Part shown: one piece after another, positions 10,601 to 15,049 of the stretch
Layout: each line of letters starts with the position of its first letter
Numbering within the stretch: position 1 is the first letter of the stretch
Source: Fibrobacteria bacterium
Lineage (GTDB): Bacteria; Fibrobacterota; Fibrobacteria; UBA11236
Assembly: GCA_043732185.1 (NCBI GenBank)
Contig: JAYTHY010000029.1
Span: 1 to 15,049 of the forward strand
DNA: 15,049 nucleotides
Direction of reading: 5' to 3'
Translations under genes and position numbers: made by a program
Notes under the pieces: model-generated
What the model was told of the DNA's origin: nothing
The model's database searches: none
Seen by the model: only the letters and a program-made list of their open reading frames with translations

Positions 10601-11730
10601 CTTACAACACGCTCATCATTACCCGCAACGCAGGCACCATTGAATTTGATGGACTCAAAGATGGTGTTACTTATGTCACCGAGTACGATGACACCACCGG
10701 AATGGAACGCCTTCGCGTCATTCGCGACAAACGCGCCAAACTCCATCCGCATGTCATCATCTTGGCCGAGGACGGCAAAACCAAGCTGGGACGTTATGCC
10801 GTACCGGAAAACGCCTACCTTCAGTACAAACATGGTGACACGGTTTTTGCCGGTGAGCCACTGGTTAAAATCGCCAGAGCCGCAGGAAAGACTCGTGATA
10901 TCACCGGTGGTCTTCCGCGCGTGGCCGAACTCTTTGAAGCACGCCGACCGAAATCACCGGCCGTGGTTACCGCCATTGACGGCATTGTAACCTTCGGTGA
11001 AGTTGAGCGCGGTCAGCAGCGCATCGTGATCGAAGATGGCGACGTCAAAGAATCCTATTTGATCCCCCGTGGCAAGCATGTTACCGTACATCCGGGCGAT
11101 CGCGTCCGCTCCGGCGACAAGCTTTGCGATGGCCCAATCGATCCTCATGACATTCTGCAAATCGCCGGCGATGCTGCAGTACAACGTTACTTGGTAGAAG
11201 AAATTCAAGCCGTGTACCGTTTGCAAGGCGTGACGATTTCCGATAAGCACATTGAAAGCATTGTGCGCCAGATGCTGCGCAAAGTAGCTGTCGTAAATCC
11301 TGGCGATACCGAACTTTTGGAAGGCGAGGAAATCTCGAAAGCCAGAATCCGCGAGTCCAATAACCGCGTGGTCGTTCAGGGCAAGCGCGCCGCTTCTTTC
11401 CGGCCGATGTTGCTCGGAATTACCAAGGCCTCTTTGGGTACGGATAGTTTCATCTCGGCGGCTTCTTTCCAGGAAACCACCAAGGTGTTGACCAATGCGG
11501 CCATTGCCGGAAAAATCGATACGCTGGTCGGTCTCAAGGAAAACGTTATCATGGGTCGCCTCATTCCTTCGGGAACTGGTAATTCCATGGTCAACGCTGT
11601 GCGAATTCGAGATTTGGACGCAGAAATCGAAGAAGAACAGTCCATGGCTGCGGTCGTTGAAGAAACGGCTTCGGTTGGGGACGCGAACAATATTACCGGC
11701 CAGTCTATGGTCTCCTCGGAATCGCCGTAA
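7612..11730 (+). CDS. rpoC: DNA-directed RNA polymerase beta' subunit
   Basis: Zn finger CSCGKYK...CDRCGVEV, catalytic NADFDGD, bridge helix [23 protein letters not shown], trigger loop [18 protein letters not shown] 7601-7605. Confidence 0.99.
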   Translation: MNDFFENSTEVQDKEAISIQLASPDVVRGWSYGEVTKPETINYRSFKPEKDGLFCERTFGPVKNWECSCGKYKRIRYRGVVCDRCGVEVTHSKVRRERMGHIELAVPVVHIWFFKSLPSVIGSLLGMSVTNLERVIYYESYIVLDPGDTDLKLGQLISEDEYIDLEDEGRHFDAKMGASAIKQLLAELNPETLSVDMRKRIKEETSSQRKQDLLKRLKVVEAFRKSPNRPEWMVLDVLPVIPPDLRPLVPLEGGRFATSDLNDLYRRVINRNNRLKKLIDIKAPEVILRNEKRMLQEAVDVLFDNGRRTFSVKGENRRPLKSLSELLKGKQGRFRQNLLGKRVDYSGRSVIVVGPDLKIHQCGLPKPMALELYKPFIIQKLEEKGFVHTVKSAKKFVEKERPEVWDILEEIIDDHPVLLNRAPTLHRLGIQAFYPKLVEGKAIRLHPLVCTAFNADFDGDQMAIHLPLSFEAQLECRILMMSSNNILHPASGQPIAVPSQDIVLGCYYLTAMKTKGKGAGKMFTDSTEAIQCLEAGGVELHVPIKVRVDGKLIETSVGRVILNDVIPNDLGFINKTFDKKTISATIDKYFRIAGNERTCLFLDAIKELGFKWATKGGMSIAIGDMIIPPEKYEMIKGTKVKVDKVAELYENGVITDGERYNQIIDLWSHTTNDVATLVYEKLAQDRDGFNPVYMMAVSGARGSREQIKQLSGMRGLMAKPQKKITGHEIIENPILSCFREGLNVLEYFISTHGARKGLADTALKTADAGYLTRRLVDVAQDVVVNEEDCGTVLGLDMTDTMEGDDVVVSVADKILGRVACDDIFHPVSDQVICHAGELIDEVMADKIGKAGIESVKVRSVLTCEALRGVCGKCYGRNLANGRMIDIGEAVGVMAAQSIGEPGTQLTLRTFHIGGAASRMTAESVKKAKWDCKISLRDVELVENKKGESVVVSRSGEMSLLDEHGITKVRYVVPYGALLKVKDGAQIKAGTLMFEWDPYNTLIITRNAGTIEFDGLKDGVTYVTEYDDTTGMERLRVIRDKRAKLHPHVIILAEDGKTKLGRYAVPENAYLQYKHGDTVFAGEPLVKIARAAGKTRDITGGLPRVAELFEARRPKSPAVVTAIDGIVTFGEVERGQQRIVIEDGDVKESYLIPRGKHVTVHPGDRVRSGDKLCDGPIDPHDILQIAGDAAVQRYLVEEIQAVYRLQGVTISDKHIESIVRQMLRKVAVVNPGDTELLEGEEISKARIRESNNRVVVQGKRAASFRPMLLGITKASLGTDSFISAASFQETTKVLTNAAIAGKIDTLVGLKENVIMGRLIPSGTGNSMVNAVRIRDLDAEIEEEQSMAAVVEETASVGDANNITGQSMVSSESP

Positions 11731-11756
11731 ATACGGGCTTCCGAGGCCTTAACTCA

Positions 11757-11786
11757 TTGACAGATATCGACTTATTTAACTAATTT
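11757..11786 (+). promoter_or_regulatory. Putative sigma70-type promoter for rpsL-rpsG
   Basis: Perfect -35 TTGACA (11757-11762), 18-bp spacer, -10-like TAATTT (11781-11786) in the AT-rich spacer upstream of rpsL. Confidence 0.6.
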
Positions 11787-11822
11787 TCACCACTCATCGG
11801 AAAAAACGGAGAACTTCATACC

Positions 11823-12242
11823 GTGCCTACAATCAGCCAGTTGATCCGCAAGGGCAGGAAAAAGCCAGTTGTCAAAAGCAAAGCTCCTGCCTTGATGGGT
11901 GCCCCGCAAAAGCGCGGCGTTTGCACTCGTGTTTATACCACCACGCCTAAAAAGCCAAACTCCGCCTTGCGCAAGATCGCCCGCGTGCGTCTTTCCAACA
12001 AGATGGAAGTGACGTGCTATATTCCAGGCGAGGGTCATAACCTACAGGAACATTCCATTGTCCTCATTCGTGGTGGTCGTGTTAAGGATGTTCCTGGTGT
12101 ACGCTACCATATTATTCGGGGAACCTTGGACACCTCCGGTGTCGAAGGTAGAAAGCAAAGCCGATCCCTGTACGGCGTGAAGAAGCCAAAGGCTGGCGCC
12201 GCTGGTGCCAAAGGCGCAGCGCCTGCCAAAGGCAAGAAGTAA
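11823..12242 (+). CDS. rpsL: 30S ribosomal protein S12
   Basis: [60 protein letters not shown]; Ala/Lys-rich C-terminal tail; GTG start, SD GGAG 11808-11811. Confidence 0.99.
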   Translation: MPTISQLIRKGRKKPVVKSKAPALMGAPQKRGVCTRVYTTTPKKPNSALRKIARVRLSNKMEVTCYIPGEGHNLQEHSIVLIRGGRVKDVPGVRYHIIRGTLDTSGVEGRKQSRSLYGVKKPKAGAAGAKGAAPAKGKK

Positions 12243-12274
12243 CTCCGGACTTGATGCGAAAATAGAGGACTAAG

Positions 12275-12751
12275 ATGTCGAGAAGAAAAAGAGCCGATAA
12301 GCGAAAAATCTACGGGGACCCCAAGTTCAATAGCACCTTGGTCACCCAGTTCATGAACGTCGTCGTCAGCCGCGGTAAGCGCAGCATTGCCGAAGATGTG
12401 GTGTATTCCGCCTTGATCGAATTCAAACGGAAAATCGGGGGCGAAGACGATGAGCTTACCCTTTTCAAGAATGCGCTGAACAATATCAAGCCTTCACTGG
12501 AAGTGAAGTCCCGCCGTGTTGGCGGTGCCAACTATCAGGTACCGGTTGAAGTGGGTCCAGCCCGCCGCACTGCTTTGGCATTGCGCTGGCTTAAAGAATC
12601 CGCTCAAGGACGCAATGAAAAAGACATGTCCCGACGGCTTTCTGCGGAACTTATCCAGGCCCTCAACAATGAAGGCAATGCAGTCAAAAAGAAACAAGAT
12701 ATCCATCGCATGGCCGAATCCAATAAGGCTTTTGCACACTTTAGGTGGTAG
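12275..12751 (+). CDS. rpsG: 30S ribosomal protein S7
   Basis: [46 protein letters not shown] 12265-12269. Confidence 0.99.
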   Translation: MSRRKRADKRKIYGDPKFNSTLVTQFMNVVVSRGKRSIAEDVVYSALIEFKRKIGGEDDELTLFKNALNNIKPSLEVKSRRVGGANYQVPVEVGPARRTALALRWLKESAQGRNEKDMSRRLSAELIQALNNEGNAVKKKQDIHRMAESNKAFAHFRW

Positions 12752-12758
12752 ATAATCT

Positions 12759-12776
12759 GCGAAGGACCCCCTTCGC
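12759..12776 (+). other. 7-bp stem-loop just after the rpsG stop codon
   Basis: GCGAAGG-ACCC-CCTTCGC perfect hairpin, 10 nt before the terminator. Confidence 0.55.
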
Positions 12777-12786
12777 CCTATGCTTG

Positions 12787-12818
12787 CTAAAAAACCCCGG
12801 TTTTCCGGGGTTTTTTAG
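12787..12818. terminator. Strong, probably bidirectional intrinsic terminator downstream of rpsG
   Basis: Perfect 14-bp inverted repeat CTAAAAAACCCCGG-TTTT-CCGGGGTTTTTTAG: GC stem with A6 before and T6 after. Confidence 0.9.
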
Positions 12819-12889
12819 TTATTATCCCTTTTTGAGATCGAACCTTCCAAATCAGCATTTACCAGGATGCTCTTAACGGGCCTAGCAGC

Positions 12890-14839
12890 ATGTCCTCCAT
12901 CGCTAAAGAAACCCGTGCCATTGCCATCCTCGCTCATGTGGATGCTGGAAAAACCACGGTATCCGAAAGACTATTGTATTTCAGCGAAGCCATTCCCGGG
13001 CTCGGCGAGGTGGATGAAGGTCTCGCCACCATGGATTATCTGGAAGAGGAAAAAAAACGCGGCATCACCATTGAGGCAGGCATAGCGTCTTATCAGTGGA
13101 AAGGGACGCAGGTCACCTTTGTGGACACACCCGGCCATGTGGATTTTGGCGTCGAAGTGGATTTCGCATTGCAGGCCGTGGAGGGTGTCATTCTGGTTCT
13201 TTCCGGAATCAGCGGCATTGAATCGCAAAGTCTGGAGGCCTGGGAAAAAATCCGCGCCAACCGGAACCAATCCATCATTTTCATCAACAAGCTGGACATC
13301 TCTGGATCCGACTACCGCAAGGTGATGCAGCAGATTCAAGTTTTGTTCGGTGTGCATCCGGTGGCATTGACTATTCCCGTTTACATCGACGGAAAAATCG
13401 ATGGAGTGGTCGATGTCTTAAATCAGCTGGCGCTTTATCGCTCGGTGGAAAACCCGCGGAAGCTTATCAAGGGCGAGGTTCCGGCCTTTTTGGCAGAGGA
13501 ATACGCAATGGCGCGCAAGGATTTACTGGATGTCGCGAGCACATTCAATGACACCTTGGCCGCTGCCTATTTTTCTGGTGAAGAAATAAAAAATGAAGAC
13601 ATCGTCATCGGGTTGAAGTTGGCCATGGAAAGTGGTGGTAGCATTCCCGTTTACATGGGATCGGCTATCAAGAATGTCGGCATTAGGCAGCTTATGAACG
13701 GAGTCAATCTGCTCCTGCCTCCGCCAGCCATAAAACCGGAGTTCGCGCTCTCCCTTGGTTTTGTGATCAAAATACGACATTACCAGAACATCGGAAAAAT
13801 ATTTCTGGTAAAAATATTCAACACCCAAGCGCTAAGCGGATTGGAAAACGTACGCTTCTTCCGGGTTTTCGCAGAGAGTTTGGAGGAAGTTAAGAATATC
13901 ACCGAGATTCGGGCTGGCGACATTCTCGCCCTTGAATCACCGCATCATTTTCGCATGGGTCAATATTTACTGACCGATGGCCGGCTCGATCTTGGATCTG
14001 CTCCGAGTGCATTGCTCAAGGTCTACCGGCCCTTGTTGCAATCACGCATTGAGCTCGTTCATGCCGATGATTTCGATTTCGTAGATAAGACTCTTAAACA
14101 GCTTGCCGAAACCGAGCCTTCCATTTCCATCCTACCAGATAATTCAACCGGTGGGTGGCTCATCAGCACGGTGGGTGAACTACAACTCGATGTGTTTTGC
14201 AAACGACTGAAAAAAGATCACAAATGTGACATTAAGATTGGCGCGCCCAGCGTCCGTTATCTGGAAAGGTTAAAAGCACCGCAGCTTGAAGTGGAAAATA
14301 CCGTAATGGCCATGGGCATGGAGGTCCGCGTTGTAGCGGATTTCCAAAACAGTTCGGATGACGAAAAAAATTCCTTGGTATTCGTTCCAAAAGGTGAGCC
14401 TGGGGAATATCGAGAGGTATTTGAAGCCACATTCGACCTCTTCTGCAGTCAGGGCAGTTGTGGATTTGGTACGATTGCCGGACTCACCTGTAAAATTCAG
14501 CATATTTCCGGTAGCCAAGGGCCAATTCCACTGCCTTTGCTATCTCGGTGTTTTTCGGATTTGCTGAAATTACACTTAACATGCGCTCAATTTGAGATTT
14601 TAGAGCCCTTAATGCGTTTGGAGATCATCATTCCAGACGAATTTTGCGGAATGGTCTTGGCCGATTTGGCCTCACGAGGCGGGATTATTCGAAAAATGGA
14701 CTCAGATGGATATAACTCGATAATTCTGCTGGAGATACCCTTGGCGAATACCTTCGGCTATACTACTTTACTGCGCTCCTTATCAAAAGGGTTGGGTGTT
14801 TACGTTCTTACCTATGAAAAACATGGGGTAAGCAGGTAA
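12890..14839 (+). CDS. fusA: Highly divergent elongation factor G paralog (fusA-like translational GTPase) in the str-operon fusA position
   Basis: G1 AHVDAGKTT, G2 RGITI, G3 DTPGHVDF, G4 NKLD, G5 GSA; G' motif GVVDV; domain III GELQL; domain V LEPLMRLEI..P..F.G.VLADL..RGG and FGY...LRS.SKG.G. Domains II and IV are degenerate. The symbol reflects synteny and homology, not canonical function. Confidence 0.88.
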   Translation: MSSIAKETRAIAILAHVDAGKTTVSERLLYFSEAIPGLGEVDEGLATMDYLEEEKKRGITIEAGIASYQWKGTQVTFVDTPGHVDFGVEVDFALQAVEGVILVLSGISGIESQSLEAWEKIRANRNQSIIFINKLDISGSDYRKVMQQIQVLFGVHPVALTIPVYIDGKIDGVVDVLNQLALYRSVENPRKLIKGEVPAFLAEEYAMARKDLLDVASTFNDTLAAAYFSGEEIKNEDIVIGLKLAMESGGSIPVYMGSAIKNVGIRQLMNGVNLLLPPPAIKPEFALSLGFVIKIRHYQNIGKIFLVKIFNTQALSGLENVRFFRVFAESLEEVKNITEIRAGDILALESPHHFRMGQYLLTDGRLDLGSAPSALLKVYRPLLQSRIELVHADDFDFVDKTLKQLAETEPSISILPDNSTGGWLISTVGELQLDVFCKRLKKDHKCDIKIGAPSVRYLERLKAPQLEVENTVMAMGMEVRVVADFQNSSDDEKNSLVFVPKGEPGEYREVFEATFDLFCSQGSCGFGTIAGLTCKIQHISGSQGPIPLPLLSRCFSDLLKLHLTCAQFEILEPLMRLEIIIPDEFCGMVLADLASRGGIIRKMDSDGYNSIILLEIPLANTFGYTTLLRSLSKGLGVYVLTYEKHGVSR

Positions 14840-14884
14840 AACCCTCTTTTTGAACGAAACCCCTCAGATAATGAAGGGAAAACC

Positions 14885-14915
14885 GAACCGAGGTTCCTAC
14901 GGGATAACGCGGTTC
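14885..14915 (+). other. Stable hairpin with cUACGg (UNCG) tetraloop in the tuf leader
   Basis: GAACCG 14885-14890/CGGTTC 14910-14915 enclose TCC-TACG-GGA 14895-14904. Confidence 0.5.
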
Positions 14916-14951
14916 AGGACAGAGTCTCAATAGAGCAGGTGGAGTTGTATT

Positions 14952-15049
14952 ATGGCCAAGGAAAAATTCAACCGCAATAAGCCGCATGTGAACGTGGGTA
15001 CCATTGGTCACGTGGATCATGGCAAGACGTCCTTGACGGCTGCCATCAC
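14952..15049 (+). CDS. tuf: Elongation factor Tu, 5' part of a second copy (3'-truncated by the window edge; not in the ORF track)
   Basis: ATG 14952 translates to [32 protein letters not shown], the EF-Tu N-terminus with P-loop [14 protein letters not shown] 14941-14944. Confidence 0.98.
   Translation, partial: MAKEKFNRNKPHVNVGTIGHVDHGKTSLTAAI

Noticed and set aside
8953..10833. 626-aa antisense ORF inside rpoC, and the other minus-strand or alternate-frame ORFs in the track
   Set aside because: Shadow ORFs expected from the codon bias of conserved genes; no recognisable motifs, and they overlap essential genes.
11735..11750. Hairpin GGGCTT-CCG-AGGCCT after rpoC as a terminator
   Set aside because: Short stem with G-U pairs and no real U-tract; too weak to call.
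11823..12242. Streptomycin-resistance alleles or a novel C-terminal domain in S12
   Set aside because: PKKPNSA and RVKD lysines are wild type; the [16 protein letters not shown] tail is a short low-complexity extension.
12890..14839. Tetracycline ribosomal protection protein (TetM/TetO-like); the length and N-terminus (LAHVDAGKTT, GITIEAGIASYQW, FINKLD) are reminiscent
   Set aside because: It keeps EF-G-type GEVDEG.ATMDY and the G' GVVDV segment, lacks the YSPVSTP domain IV loop of protection proteins, and sits between rpsG and tuf with no mobile-element context.
12890..14839. Pseudogene of fusA
   Set aside because: No stops or frameshifts over 649 codons despite extreme divergence, and the G1-G5 and domain V motifs are selectively retained.
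14895..14904. TCCTACGGGA matches a conserved 16S rRNA segment
   Set aside because: Only 10 nt with no flanking rRNA similarity; explained by a cUACGg tetraloop hairpin.

Overview
Bacterial core transcription/translation super-cluster, all on the + strand: tuf (3' part) - tRNA-Trp(CCA) - secE - nusG - rplK - rplA - rplJ - rplL - rpoB - rpoC - rpsL - rpsG - divergent EF-G-like GTPase - tuf (5' part of a second copy). The RpoC, L7/L12 and S12 termini look FCB-group-like, possibly Fibrobacterota; this is from recall, not a search. No mobile elements, CRISPR arrays or inteins were seen. The main anomaly is the str operon. The gene in the fusA slot encodes a 649-aa EF-G paralog with intact GTPase motifs but without the domain IV translocation loops, and a strong intrinsic terminator separates it from rpsL-rpsG. 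Other points of interest: a tRNA-Trp with a 4-bp anticodon stem, a structured rplK-rplA spacer that may hold a relocated L10-leader-like and/or L1-binding switch, and a perfect anti-Shine-Dalgarno decamer in the rpoB-rpoC spacer.
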